A DNA stretch of 64,000 bases. Source: Pedobacter sp. (GTDB lineage: Bacteria > Bacteroidota > Bacteroidia > Sphingobacteriales > Sphingobacteriaceae). Position numbers and translations under genes: made by a program. The stretch is taken from assembly GCA_031119475.1 (NCBI GenBank), contig JAVHXV010000008.1:83244-147243 (forward strand), written 5' to 3'. Below the pieces are notes generated by a model. The model was not told the DNA's origin. It saw only the letters and a list, made by a program, of their open reading frames with translations, and made no database searches. Shown piece after piece: positions 20,149 through 30,107 of the stretch; the stretch's first letter is position 1, and each line of letters begins with the position of its first letter.

Positions 20149-21178
20149 AGTTCAATATATTTTGATCAAAGGTAAGTTTATCTTTTGGCGCCAAGACCAT
20201 CTCGATCGGCAATAGATAGATTGGCAAATTTAGCAGTAAATCTTTTAAATTATCACCTAATAAACGCTGACTATCCTTTTCTGTTGTGATGATTATTTTT
20301 TCGTTGGAAGGATGGGCCCGAAAAGCAGCCACCAATCTTTCGATCTCGCTCCGGGTAAAATCATGGTGATCGGGATACTCAAAACGTTCCATCTCATTTG
20401 TAAAGCTGCTGAGATACTTGTATAATGGCTCCGGATTGGCAATTCCCGACAGTACAAATGTACATCGTCCCTTAATCTGTTCAACTGGGAGGCTAGATTT
20501 ATTGAACAGTTGGAGCAGGTTTCCATAGCTGATGGAGGAAAACGATATCCGCTGTTCGAGTGTCGTATCAATCTTCCGTCTGATTTCGATCTGGTCTACA
20601 ATATTTACAGGCGACGGGCTCTTGGTAATGAGCACGGCTTGGGCACGGTCGTAATTGGATAAGGACTCACGAAGATTGCCCATTGGCAAGAGGAATTGTC
20701 TTTTTAGTATTTTATCGAATTCGAACAACAGGATATTGAATCCTGCCCTTACTGCCCGGTGCTGATAGGCATCATCCAACAGGATCACATCATGCTGATC
20801 TTTTAAGGCCTGTATACCCTTTACGCGATCTTCGCTGACCGCTACCGTCACCGCATCAAACTTTCGGTAATATTGCATGGACTCATCGCCAATGGTTGCT
20901 GCGCTGGCCTGTGCATCGGCGATGATCAATCCTTTGGTCTTACGGCCATAGCCCCTGCTCAATATGGCAACCCGGTATCCAGCAAGTAGCCTTACCAGAT
21001 ATTCTGTAGCAGGTGTTTTTCCTGCACCACCAACGGCCAGGTTTCCGATACAGATCACAGGCAGGTCAAATGATGTCGATCTAAAGATTCCCCAGTCGTA
21101 AAATTTATTCCTAAAGAAAACCACCAATCCATAGATCAAGGCAAAGGGAAACAGTAAAAGGCGGAGATATTTGATCAT
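20120..21178 (-). CDS. lpxK: Tetraacyldisaccharide 4'-kinase
   Basis: IGNLAVGGAGKTP, SRGYG, LDDAYQH, LPMGNLRE, TTEKD. Confidence 0.95.
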   Translation of the reverse strand: MIKYLRLLLFPFALIYGLVVFFRNKFYDWGIFRSTSFDLPVICIGNLAVGGAGKTPATEYLVRLLAGYRVAILSRGYGRKTKGLIIADAQASAATIGDESMQYYRKFDAVTVAVSEDRVKGIQALKDQHDVILLDDAYQHRAVRAGFNILLFEFDKILKRQFLLPMGNLRESLSNYDRAQAVLITKSPSPVNIVDQIEIRRKIDTTLEQRISFSSISYGNLLQLFNKSSLPVEQIKGRCTFVLSGIANPEPLYKYLSSFTNEMERFEYPDHHDFTRSEIERLVAAFRAHPSNEKIIITTEKDSQRLLGDNLKDLLLNLPIYLLPIEMVLAPKDKLTFDQNILNYVASAKRVG

Positions 21179-21186
21179 GTCGACGG

Positions 21187-21480
21187 TTAATGTATAACAG
21201 GAATCCTACTGGTATGGCGGATTCTCAAAATCCTGATCTGGTTTTTTAAGCAGCGATAGGAAATACGAAAAACGTCGACTTCAAACGCATAGAATGTTTT
21301 GTCGTTATCTAGCTTAAACCTATCCAGCTGATGGACTTGGAAATTTTTTGGAAGCTTTTCTATGGAAGACAGGATTTCATTTTCAATTCTTAAAGCATAA
21401 GATGGTGAAGCATTATCATCCAAATATTGCATGATATCTAACAACTGCCTAATGGCACGTTTGTTCCATACAACAACCAT
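21187..21480 (-). CDS. RelE/ParE family type II toxin
   Basis: 97 aa; 'VVWNKRAIRQL..I..Y', 'ISYR..QIRILRIRHTSR'; 1-nt overlap with the upstream small ORF. Confidence 0.8.
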   Translation of the reverse strand: MVVVWNKRAIRQLLDIMQYLDDNASPSYALRIENEILSSIEKLPKNFQVHQLDRFKLDNDKTFYAFEVDVFRISYRCLKNQIRILRIRHTSRIPVIH

Positions 21481-21716
21481 TATATAGCTTTTCGCCTATT
21501 TTTGAATATCTGTTTAACATCGTTGTGGAGGACAAAGTCCCCATTTTGGATTTCCTGATCAGCATCATGAAGTTCTTTGTTATACTGATCTAGATGTGAC
21601 TTTTCAATATCTGTCATATTTTCTACGCCCAATAAGTAGTCATATTTCAAACTGTTCAAAAATGCCAACAGCACTTTTTCTTCTTGTTCATTTTGGGTTT
21701 TTACTAATATGCTCAT
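21480..21716 (-). CDS. Putative antitoxin
   Basis: Small ORF coupled to the toxin; 'YNKELHDADQEIQNGDFVLHNDV' is typical of ParE-associated partners; TAAATTTG just upstream. Confidence 0.7.
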   Translation of the reverse strand: MSILVKTQNEQEEKVLLAFLNSLKYDYLLGVENMTDIEKSHLDQYNKELHDADQEIQNGDFVLHNDVKQIFKNRRKAI

Positions 21717-21830
21717 ACACAAATTTATAAATTTTCGAGATATTTTAAGTCGATTTTTTGTCAGTTGTATTCAAATACAAAGGCCCGCAATATAAAAAAG
21801 CCTATCTTTGTATAAACTGATAACTAACTT

Positions 21831-23462
21831 ATGCTTAAAGGATTTTTCAATGTACCAACGCCTGTTAACGAGCCCATTTTGGGTTATGCACCAGGAAGCA
21901 AAGAACGCGAACTATTGAAGGCGGCATTGGCCGATGCCCGTTCAAAAGTAATAGACATACCAATGTATATTGGTGGAAAGGAAGTTTTCACCGAGCAAAA
22001 GGGAAAAGTTACCCCTCCGCACGACCATCAGCACCTGCTGGCCAATTTTAGCAAGGGCAACAAAGATCATGTTGCACAAGCCATCGATGCCGCAAAGGCC
22101 GCAAAAGCAGATTGGGAAAACCTTGCGTGGGAGCAACGTGCCGCCATTTTTTTAAAGGCCGCCGACCTCATTGCAGGACCTTACCGTTATCAACTGAATG
22201 CCGCTACCATGCTTGGCCAGAGCAAAAATGCCTATCAGGCAGAAATCGACTCTGCCTGCGAGCTGATCGATTTTCTCCGTTTTAACGTGAGCTACATGTC
22301 TGAAATCTACCAGCAGCAACCTCCGGTATCGCCACGTGGCAGTTGGAACCGCGTAGAACAGCGTCCTTTAGAGGGCTTCGTTTTCGCATTGACCCCTTTC
22401 AACTTCACGGCTATTGCAGGCAATTTGCCTACTTCGGTAGCCATGATGGGAAATGTAGTGGTGTGGAAACCTGCAAATACCCAGATCTATGCTGCAAATG
22501 TGCTGATGCAGATCTTTAGGGAAGCTGGTCTTCCTGATGGGGTCATTAACCTGGTATATGTTTCCGGACCTGATGCTGGAGAGGTCATTTTTAACCATCC
22601 TGATTTTGCGGGCATCCACTTTACTGGTTCCACTGGAGTTTTTCAGGACATCTGGAAAACAATCGGCAAGAACATCTATAAATTTAAGACCTATCCACGA
22701 ATTGTAGGAGAAACAGGTGGCAAGGATTTTATCCTCGTACACGGCTCCGCAGACCCGGCGGTATCAAGTACGGCCATTTTGCGAGGCGCATTTGAATACC
22801 AGGGACAGAAATGCTCTGCGGCTTCACGTGTCTACCTGCCAAAAAGCTTGTGGCCGGCCATCAAAGAATTGATGTTGAGAGACATGGCGACCTTAAAAAT
22901 GGGACCAACAGAAGATTTCAGCAATTTTATCAATGCTGTAATCGACGAAAAATCGTTCAATAACTTGGCCAAATACATTGATGGCGCTAAAAAGGACAAA
23001 GGTGTAGAAATCATTGCAGGCGGAAATTACGACAAGAGCAAGGGATATTTTATCGAGCCGACCGTATTGTTGGTTGATGATCCGAAATACACCACCATGT
23101 GTGAGGAGCTTTTCGGCCCAGTGCTCACGGTTTATGTCTACGATGATAAAAAATTTGATGAAATCCTCGAGATCATTGATACCACATCGATCTATGCATT
23201 AACGGGAGCGGTAATCGGCCAGGACCGTTATGCCTTGGAAAAAGCTACGCACCGTTTGAGAAATGCTGCCGGCAACTTCTATATCAACGATAAATGTACA
23301 GGTGCCGTGGTCGGCCAGCAGCCATTTGGCGGAGCCAGGGGGAGCGGCACGAATGACAAGGCCGGTTCGATGATCAACCTTCTGCGCTGGGTTTCTCCAC
23401 GCACGATCAAGGAAACATTCGATCCACCTAAAGATTACAGGTATCCGTTCTTAGCGGAATAA
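21831..23462 (+). CDS. pruA: L-glutamate gamma-semialdehyde (P5C) dehydrogenase
   Basis: ALDH motifs PFNFTAI, FTGSTGVF, GETGGKD, GQKCSAASR, EELFGP; promoter TATCTTTG at 21803. Confidence 0.93.
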   Translation: MLKGFFNVPTPVNEPILGYAPGSKERELLKAALADARSKVIDIPMYIGGKEVFTEQKGKVTPPHDHQHLLANFSKGNKDHVAQAIDAAKAAKADWENLAWEQRAAIFLKAADLIAGPYRYQLNAATMLGQSKNAYQAEIDSACELIDFLRFNVSYMSEIYQQQPPVSPRGSWNRVEQRPLEGFVFALTPFNFTAIAGNLPTSVAMMGNVVVWKPANTQIYAANVLMQIFREAGLPDGVINLVYVSGPDAGEVIFNHPDFAGIHFTGSTGVFQDIWKTIGKNIYKFKTYPRIVGETGGKDFILVHGSADPAVSSTAILRGAFEYQGQKCSAASRVYLPKSLWPAIKELMLRDMATLKMGPTEDFSNFINAVIDEKSFNNLAKYIDGAKKDKGVEIIAGGNYDKSKGYFIEPTVLLVDDPKYTTMCEELFGPVLTVYVYDDKKFDEILEIIDTTSIYALTGAVIGQDRYALEKATHRLRNAAGNFYINDKCTGAVVGQQPFGGARGSGTNDKAGSMINLLRWVSPRTIKETFDPPKDYRYPFLAE

Positions 23463-23468
23463 AAAAAT

Positions 23469-23496
23469 AAAAGGCCAGCATTTCTGCTGGCCTTTT
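23469..23496. terminator. Bidirectional intrinsic terminator
   Basis: AAAAGGCCAGCA-TTTC-TGCTGGCCTTTT between convergent genes. Confidence 0.85.
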
Positions 23497-23499
23497 AAG

Positions 23500-24180
23500 T
23501 TATTTTCCTACATTCATCTTAAATACAGGAGACAGGTCGTTGGCACTGGCCGCACTCACCTTTAGGTCGGTAATGATCCCCGTTTTGAGGTCGTACACCC
23601 AGGCATGGACGGCAAGTTCCTGTCCGTTTGCCCAGGCATTCTGCACAATTGACGTATAGGCTACGTTGCTCGCGCTTTCAATGGCATTGAGTTCTACCAA
23701 TCGTTTGCTCCTCAATTCTGGATCCTTGATGGTCGACATTTCACGTTCGTGCAAACGGATTACGTCTTTGATGTTGCGGAGCCAATTGTCGATCAGGCCC
23801 ACCTGTGTATCCCCCAACGCGGCATTTACACCTCCGCAGCCATAGTGGCCACATACGATGATGTGTTTTACCTTGAGCACGTTCACCGAATAATCGAGTA
23901 CACTGAGCAGGTTCATGTCGCTATGGGTCACCACATTGGCAATGTTGCGGTGCACGAAAATATCGCCCGGATTGGTATTGGTAATCTGGTTGGCCGGTAC
24001 ACGGCTGTCTGAACAGCCGATCCACAGTACGGGTGGCTGCTGTCCTTCAGACAGGCGTTTGAAATATTCTGGATCTTCGTTCAATGCCGCAGCAACAAAA
24101 TCCTTGTTGCCCTGCAATAGGCTATCGTAAGTAATGACCGTGTGGTCGTGGTTATATTTTTCTACTGATTTTGCGCACAT
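23500..24180 (-). CDS. can: Beta-class carbonic anhydrase
   Basis: WIGCSDSRVP, VHRNIAN, GHYGCGG zinc ligands. Confidence 0.93.
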   Translation of the reverse strand: MCAKSVEKYNHDHTVITYDSLLQGNKDFVAAALNEDPEYFKRLSEGQQPPVLWIGCSDSRVPANQITNTNPGDIFVHRNIANVVTHSDMNLLSVLDYSVNVLKVKHIIVCGHYGCGGVNAALGDTQVGLIDNWLRNIKDVIRLHEREMSTIKDPELRSKRLVELNAIESASNVAYTSIVQNAWANGQELAVHAWVYDLKTGIITDLKVSAASANDLSPVFKMNVGK

Positions 24181-24184
24181 AATT

Positions 24185-25789
24185 TTATGGATTAATTTCT
24201 TCTACAATTTTGGTATTTAGTTTCGGCACGGTATAGTAACTTTTAATATTTTCTAAAGTTACAATAATGCCTTTAGTATAAGCATTGTGCTTATAATTAA
24301 ATATGGTTTCCAGGACATCGGGGTCTATAAACCTCGAGTTCGAGCCATCGATAATGACATTGGTCTCTTTCGGAATTCCCGTCAACAGCACCTGTATCGC
24401 CGCCTTATTGAGGAAAGACACTTCTTCCGCCAGCTTGATCCTGATATTTTTCTTATCGCCTTCCTCTGTCATTTTATAAAAGTAAGGATTGCGCATATTG
24501 GTCCGGAGCAGGTAGAATATCGATAGGGCCATTCCTATCCCCACCCCTTTCAAAAGATCGGTAAACACAACAGCAAGTACAGTAACCACAAAAGGGACAA
24601 ACTGGTCCCAGCCTTTATGGTACATGTGCTTAAATAGCGATACCCGGGTCAATCGATAACCTGTGACCAATAAAATAGCCGCCAAACAGGCCAAAGGGAT
24701 CATGTTGATCACATTTGGGATCAGGATCAGCGACAGAAACAACATCGTACCATGGATAATTGACGACATTTTTGTCCTTGCCCCCGCATTTACGTTGGCC
24801 GAACTCCTTACAATGACCGAAGTCATGGGCAATCCGCCCAGCATGGCACTGGTCATGTTTCCTACACCTTGGGCAATCAGTTCCCTATTGGTAGGCGTAA
24901 TGCGTTTGATGGGATCCATTTTATCAACGGCCTCAATACCCAAGAGCGTTTCCAGGCTGGCCACGACGGCGATGGTTAGGGCTACAACCCATACTTCGGT
25001 TTTTCCGATGGCCGAAAAATCAGGACTGGTGAACAATCCTTTAAATTCATGCCACCCATCAAATAAGGGGATATTGACCATGTGGTCTTCAGACAATGCA
25101 TAATTGGTACCCTTAAAAAGCAGGGCCAAGCCAATACCAAGTGCAACCACGATAAATGGAGCAGGTATGCTGTTCAGCTTCTTGATTTTTGGCCAATAGA
25201 CCAAGATCAGAATGGAAAGCACGCTGATCAATGTGGCCGAAAGACTAAAGGCATTCAGGGCATTGACAACGGCCGACCATGCATTTTCTGCTCCTCTTTG
25301 CGCGATGCTTTCATCCAGAAAATAGTCCTTATCATATCCTACAGCATGGGAAAGTTGTTTTCGGATGAGCAAGAGACCGATCCCCGCCAACATTCCCTCG
25401 ATTACACTCGATGGGAAATAATTCCCGATTGTACCCGCTTTGATGAGCCCGAGCACCAATTGTAAGGCACCGGCGAGTACCAGGGCCAACAGAAAGATTT
25501 CATAACTGCCCAAGCTGCCGATGGCGCCCAATACGATGGCAGTCAATCCGGCTGCCGGGCCGCTTACGCTCAACTGCGAACCACTGATCGAACCTACGAC
25601 TATCCCGCCAACAATTCCGGCGACCAGTCCGGCGAACAAGGGCGCGCCTGATGCCAGCGCAATACCCAAACATAGTGGCAAGGCCACCAAAAATACAACG
25701 ATACTCGATGGGATATCGCGTTTCAAATTCTTTTTTAAAATATATTTTTTCACTTCGAACCGGGAAGCGGTCGAATTTCCTTTTTCCAT
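24185..25789 (-). CDS. SulP/SLC26 anion (probably bicarbonate) transporter
   Basis: VALPLCLGIALASG, VSGPAAG, NRELIAQG, IVRSSAN; STAS-like tail. Confidence 0.92.
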   Translation of the reverse strand: MEKGNSTASRFEVKKYILKKNLKRDIPSSIVVFLVALPLCLGIALASGAPLFAGLVAGIVGGIVVGSISGSQLSVSGPAAGLTAIVLGAIGSLGSYEIFLLALVLAGALQLVLGLIKAGTIGNYFPSSVIEGMLAGIGLLLIRKQLSHAVGYDKDYFLDESIAQRGAENAWSAVVNALNAFSLSATLISVLSILILVYWPKIKKLNSIPAPFIVVALGIGLALLFKGTNYALSEDHMVNIPLFDGWHEFKGLFTSPDFSAIGKTEVWVVALTIAVVASLETLLGIEAVDKMDPIKRITPTNRELIAQGVGNMTSAMLGGLPMTSVIVRSSANVNAGARTKMSSIIHGTMLFLSLILIPNVINMIPLACLAAILLVTGYRLTRVSLFKHMYHKGWDQFVPFVVTVLAVVFTDLLKGVGIGMALSIFYLLRTNMRNPYFYKMTEEGDKKNIRIKLAEEVSFLNKAAIQVLLTGIPKETNVIIDGSNSRFIDPDVLETIFNYKHNAYTKGIIVTLENIKSYYTVPKLNTKIVEEINP

Positions 25790-25990
25790 AACACTAGCGT
25801 TTAGATTAAAATTGAGTTGATAGAGCGAAAAGCAGAAAGCTTAAAGCTCGGAGAAAGGATGAAGGATCAATGATAAAAGACATGCAGGGCATAAGAAAAC
25901 GATATCAAAGAAATGTCCTTTGCTCATTGTCTCTGCTCTTTGCTCTTTGCTCTTTGTTCTTTGTTCTTGTAATAAATGCTTTCTCCTTAA

Positions 25991-26344
25991 CTAAGCATAG
26001 TTAGGAGGCGGTGTCGGAACGGAGGGATGGTAGGGATCTACATATCGCCGGGAGTGTTCAATAAAACTGTTATTCATGCCCATGCTCATGACTACCGGAA
26101 CGTAAGTCAGGTCATAACGGTGGAACATGAGTTTGTGGTCTGCGAATTTGACATTATCCTTGCCAGAGTCATCATGATTTTCTTGCTCAAGCTGCATGAT
26201 CACCGCATTCATCAGGTCCTTGTCGAGATGGGCAAAGAAAACTGGTGCCCCCGAAATGACCATCTTAGCCGTAAAAATCCCCATAAAGAGGGCTACGAGC
26301 AATAAATAGTGTTTTCTGAGCAACATAAATGATTTTCTGTTCAA
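25991..26344 (-). CDS. Small exported or membrane protein ending in PTPPPN; candidate leader of sulP-can; start 26344 or 26326
   Basis: N-terminal hydrophobic helix, proline-rich C-terminus, TATTTTTG promoter at 26350-26357. Confidence 0.7.
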   Translation of the reverse strand: MNRKSFMLLRKHYLLLVALFMGIFTAKMVISGAPVFFAHLDKDLMNAVIMQLEQENHDDSGKDNVKFADHKLMFHRYDLTYVPVVMSMGMNNSFIEHSRRYVDPYHPSVPTPPPNYA

Positions 26345-26519
26345 GTGGTCAAAAATACTTCCAAAATCTTGAAACTATCAAATTAAATCGTAAATAAAAT
26401 GTAATTTATAACTAAAATCATCGCTGAGAGGCACATCGACCGTCCTTTAAAATGATAAAATTTTTAAGGAAAAGCTAGGGATTTCCCGTATTTTGAGCCC
26501 ATCAATATGACAATCAAAT

Positions 26520-28061
26520 ATGAAGAACAAGATCAAAATCCTACAAGATAAAATTCAGGAAGCGCAATTGGGCGGTGGACAAGCAAGGATTGACCATCAG
26601 CACAAAAAGGGAAAACTGACTGCCCGTGAGCGCATCCACTTTTTGATGGACGAAGGAAGTTTTGAAGAGATTGGCATGTTGGTGACCCATCGGAGCACAG
26701 ATTTTGGAATGGACAGGGAAAAATACCTTGGCGATGGGGTCGTAACAGGTTACGGTACTGTAAATGGGCGTTTGACCTATGTTTTTTCGCAAGACTTTAC
26801 AGTTTTTGGAGGATCACTTTCAGAAACGCATGCCGAAAAGATCTGCAAGATCATGGAAATGGCCCTAAAAAATGGAGCGCCGATTATCGGATTAAACGAC
26901 AGTGGCGGCGCTAGGATCCAGGAAGGCGTAGTTTCTTTGGGCGGATATGCTGATATATTTTATCGGAATGTCCAGGCTTCTGGCGTTGTTCCACAATTAT
27001 CGGCCATTATGGGCCCGTGTGCTGGCGGAGCGGTCTACTCTCCTGCCATTACAGATTTTATTCTAATGGTCGAAAATACCTCATATATGTTCGTTACCGG
27101 ACCAAATGTGGTCAAGACGGTGACGCATGAAGAAGTAAGTGCGGAAGAGTTGGGCGGAGCGGCTGCCCATGCCACCAAATCTGGCGTAACACACTTTGCC
27201 TGTGCCAATGAGCTGGAAGCAATCGCCCACGTCAAACGACTATTGAGCTACATGCCACAAAATTGTGAGGAAACGGCCCCATTGGCACCTTACGAGCCTG
27301 CAGATGAAGTGCGTTTGGCCCTCAATGAGTTTATGCCGCAAAATGCCTCCCAGCCTTATGACATGCGTGAAATCATCACCGCTCTGGTCGATTCAGATAG
27401 TTTTTTGGAAGTGCATGCCAATTATGCGGAGAACATGGTGGTGGGCTTTGCCCGCTTGGCCGGGAGGAGCATTGGCGTAGTGGCCAATCAGCCCGCCTAT
27501 CTCGCTGGTGTATTGGATAACCATGCCTCCATTAAGGCTGCCCGTTTTGTACGCTTCTGCGACAGTTTTAACATTCCTTTACTGGTTATGGAAGATGTAC
27601 CTGGATTTTTGCCTGGAACCGACCAGGAATGGAACGGCATCATCAATAACGGCGCAAAATTATTGTATGCCTTTAGCGAGGCCACCGTTCCGAGGATTAC
27701 CGTCATTACCAGAAAGGCCTATGGCGGCGCCTATGATGTAATGAATTCCAAGCACATTGGTGCGGATATGAACTTTGCCTGGCCAACTGCCGAGATAGCC
27801 GTTATGGGCGCGAAAGGCGCCGCAGAGATCATCTTTAAAAGAGAGATCAGTGCCGCAGCAGATCCACAGGAAAAATGGCTCGAGAAAGAAAAATTATATT
27901 CAGATATCTTTGCCAACCCATACCGCGCTGCAGAAAGAGGCTTTGTTGATGAAGTGATCGAGCCCTCCCAAACCCGTATCAAATTGATCAAGGCCTTCCA
28001 GATGCTACAGAACAAGGTGGTGAACAATCCACGTAAAAAACATGGAAACATACCACTTTAA
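26520..28061 (+). CDS. pccB: Acyl-CoA (propionyl/methylmalonyl-CoA) carboxylase beta subunit
   Basis: [43 protein letters not shown]. Confidence 0.88.
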   Translation: MKNKIKILQDKIQEAQLGGGQARIDHQHKKGKLTARERIHFLMDEGSFEEIGMLVTHRSTDFGMDREKYLGDGVVTGYGTVNGRLTYVFSQDFTVFGGSLSETHAEKICKIMEMALKNGAPIIGLNDSGGARIQEGVVSLGGYADIFYRNVQASGVVPQLSAIMGPCAGGAVYSPAITDFILMVENTSYMFVTGPNVVKTVTHEEVSAEELGGAAAHATKSGVTHFACANELEAIAHVKRLLSYMPQNCEETAPLAPYEPADEVRLALNEFMPQNASQPYDMREIITALVDSDSFLEVHANYAENMVVGFARLAGRSIGVVANQPAYLAGVLDNHASIKAARFVRFCDSFNIPLLVMEDVPGFLPGTDQEWNGIINNGAKLLYAFSEATVPRITVITRKAYGGAYDVMNSKHIGADMNFAWPTAEIAVMGAKGAAEIIFKREISAAADPQEKWLEKEKLYSDIFANPYRAAERGFVDEVIEPSQTRIKLIKAFQMLQNKVVNNPRKKHGNIPL

Positions 28062-28212
28062 GGCATAGGGAAAAGGGAAAAGGGAAAATGGAAGATGTGT
28101 GATTAGCATCAAAGGCTGAAACACTTCTCTTCTCTATTTTCATCTTACCTCTTCTATCTTAATTTTTCCATCTTACCTCTTCCATCTTACCTTTTACTTT
28201 CTACATCTCTAC

Positions 28213-28623
28213 ATGGTTGTCGTCGAACAAATCTTCCCTTCCCTAACCTGGCGCATCAGGCATGAGGTCATGTATCCTGATCATCCCTTAGACTTTGTGA
28301 AGTTGGAGGGTGATTTTGATGGGATCCATTTTGGACTATATCTCGATCATGAGCTGACTGGCGTTGTTTCCCTTTTTGTCAAAGGTGAGGAGGCGCAATT
28401 CCGCAAATTGGCCATCCTACAACACGTGCAAAACCAAGGGCTTGGCAAGCAGTTGATGGAATACCTTATCGACTTCTGTAAAATCCAGCACATCCGCAAA
28501 CTGTGGTGCAACGCCCGGACGAACGCACAGGAATTCTACTTCAGATTAGGTTTTCGGGCTACTGATGAAACTTATCAGGCCCATGGATTTGATTTTGTAA
28601 AGCTGGAGCTTGACCTCGGCTAA
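28213..28623 (+). CDS. GNAT family acetyltransferase
   Basis: 'QNQGLGKQLM' acetyl-CoA motif, WCNAR, FYFRLGF. Confidence 0.88.
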   Translation: MVVVEQIFPSLTWRIRHEVMYPDHPLDFVKLEGDFDGIHFGLYLDHELTGVVSLFVKGEEAQFRKLAILQHVQNQGLGKQLMEYLIDFCKIQHIRKLWCNARTNAQEFYFRLGFRATDETYQAHGFDFVKLELDLG

Positions 28624-28636
28624 TCATCCACTCTTT

Positions 28637-28874
28637 TTCGCATCATCTTCGCATCACCTTCCTACCAGCTTCGTATCATCTTCGTACTAAGTTCGTAACT
28701 AACAGCAACATGAGTTGGAGCTGACGGGAATTTAACAGGGAGTTTACAGGGGCTGGTCCGGGTGATGTCCCTGTTATGTCCATGTAAAGTCCCTGTAATT
28801 CCCGAATGAGGTACGACGTTGATACGAAGCTCATACGACTGGAGGAGCTTTAAAATAACCACTAAGGTACGAAG
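28637..28874. repeat. Nested inverted arrays of 11-bp units
   Basis: 6x TTCGYAnnnnn; inner ACAGGG/CCCTGT arms; distal TACGAAG-type complements. Confidence 0.75.
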
Positions 28875-28925
28875 ACCACAAAGCCTGTTATTGAGAACTT
28901 TACATTACTTGGCGAACTTTTGCGT

Positions 28926-29897
28926 TTAGGTCCTACCATATTTAAACTCATTCAACAGCATGCTGGCGTACATGTTCCTTTTCTTTTGCATGGACATTTC
29001 GGCGAGATCGATGGCCATTTTCCGATTTCCTTTTAAATCTGCCAATATCGCTAGGTTGTAATAGGCTTTGGAAGAAAGTACGGCATCAGTATCTTTCGAT
29101 AAGTCTTCGAGTTCTTGTTGTGCGGCATCAAAATTCCCATTCTTAATGGCATTGGCACTTGCCTTTAAGGGCTTATCGGTGTACAACGGCCGGTTCATGG
29201 TGATCATTTGGCTCTTGAAGTAGCCTGCAACCTGTTTAGCGGCCTGTACTGAAACTTCCTGGACCATTTTTGTATTCGATCCCAATGCTGGACCGATCGC
29301 CAATAGCGCACTCAGCACTTCCCTTTCAGAATGGTATTTACTTACATTGCCTTTTAATTCCTTGAACGACTTTCCATCCTGATCATACAAAACCCATGAG
29401 GAACTGATAGCCAATGAATATTTCGCTACTTTTTTAACTGTTCCATCGCTATTTTTAGACCGCACCACTTCATCCTGTACGAAACTGGCATCATAGTCTT
29501 CGAGTGCCAGGATATAATCTGCTCCAAACTTGGTGGCCAAATGCCTGATCTCACCAACGGTGAGCACTGTGCTGTCGAGCTCCGATTTTAAATTTCTGGC
29601 CATGGTCAGGCTATCAGACTGTTTGATCAGTTCGATACCTTTCAGGCTTTCCATTTCATTGAGCAATTGACCGATTTCAGCCTGGATACCACGGCCATAG
29701 ACTTCTTTTTTCTTTTCTTTACGAAGGATAAAATCAACCTTTTTAGGATCGAAGCGATTGATGACCAAAATCCTAGTGGTCGGTTCGGGAAAGCTAATGG
29801 CGGGAGAACGTTGGGCGGTAAGGGGGACAAAGCTTACGCCGCATGCGCATAGGCATAGTAAGGCCATGCCGAGGCATAGGTAATTCAGATGTTTCAT
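28926..29897 (-). CDS. DUF6340-like lipoprotein with C-terminal TPR
   Basis: Lipobox LCAC; 'KAYYNLAIL..LKG...A' TPR motif. Confidence 0.7.
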   Translation of the reverse strand: MKHLNYLCLGMALLCLCACGVSFVPLTAQRSPAISFPEPTTRILVINRFDPKKVDFILRKEKKKEVYGRGIQAEIGQLLNEMESLKGIELIKQSDSLTMARNLKSELDSTVLTVGEIRHLATKFGADYILALEDYDASFVQDEVVRSKNSDGTVKKVAKYSLAISSSWVLYDQDGKSFKELKGNVSKYHSEREVLSALLAIGPALGSNTKMVQEVSVQAAKQVAGYFKSQMITMNRPLYTDKPLKASANAIKNGNFDAAQQELEDLSKDTDAVLSSKAYYNLAILADLKGNRKMAIDLAEMSMQKKRNMYASMLLNEFKYGRT

Positions 29898-30107
29898 TTG
29901 TGTGTTTTTTTGTGTGTTTTATTCGGAATACAAATACCATGCCCAATCGCTAAGCGTTTGTATTTTGAAGTAGACGCCAGAAAATATCCAATAGTTACAA
30001 CAATATTTATATTTTTACCAAATCTGCACCAGGACCAGTTGTGCACTTATTATCAGTATGATTTGGTTCAATCGGTGTAATCATTTTTAATCAGTGTAAT
30101 CTTCTAT

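Noticed and set aside
28662-28862. 66-aa minus-strand ORF
   Set aside because: Coincides with the 11-mer repeat structure
30069-30101. AATCGGTGTAATC/AATCAGTGTAATC short repeat before the M42 gene
   Set aside because: Only two degenerate copies; may be a repeat remnant but no function can be supported
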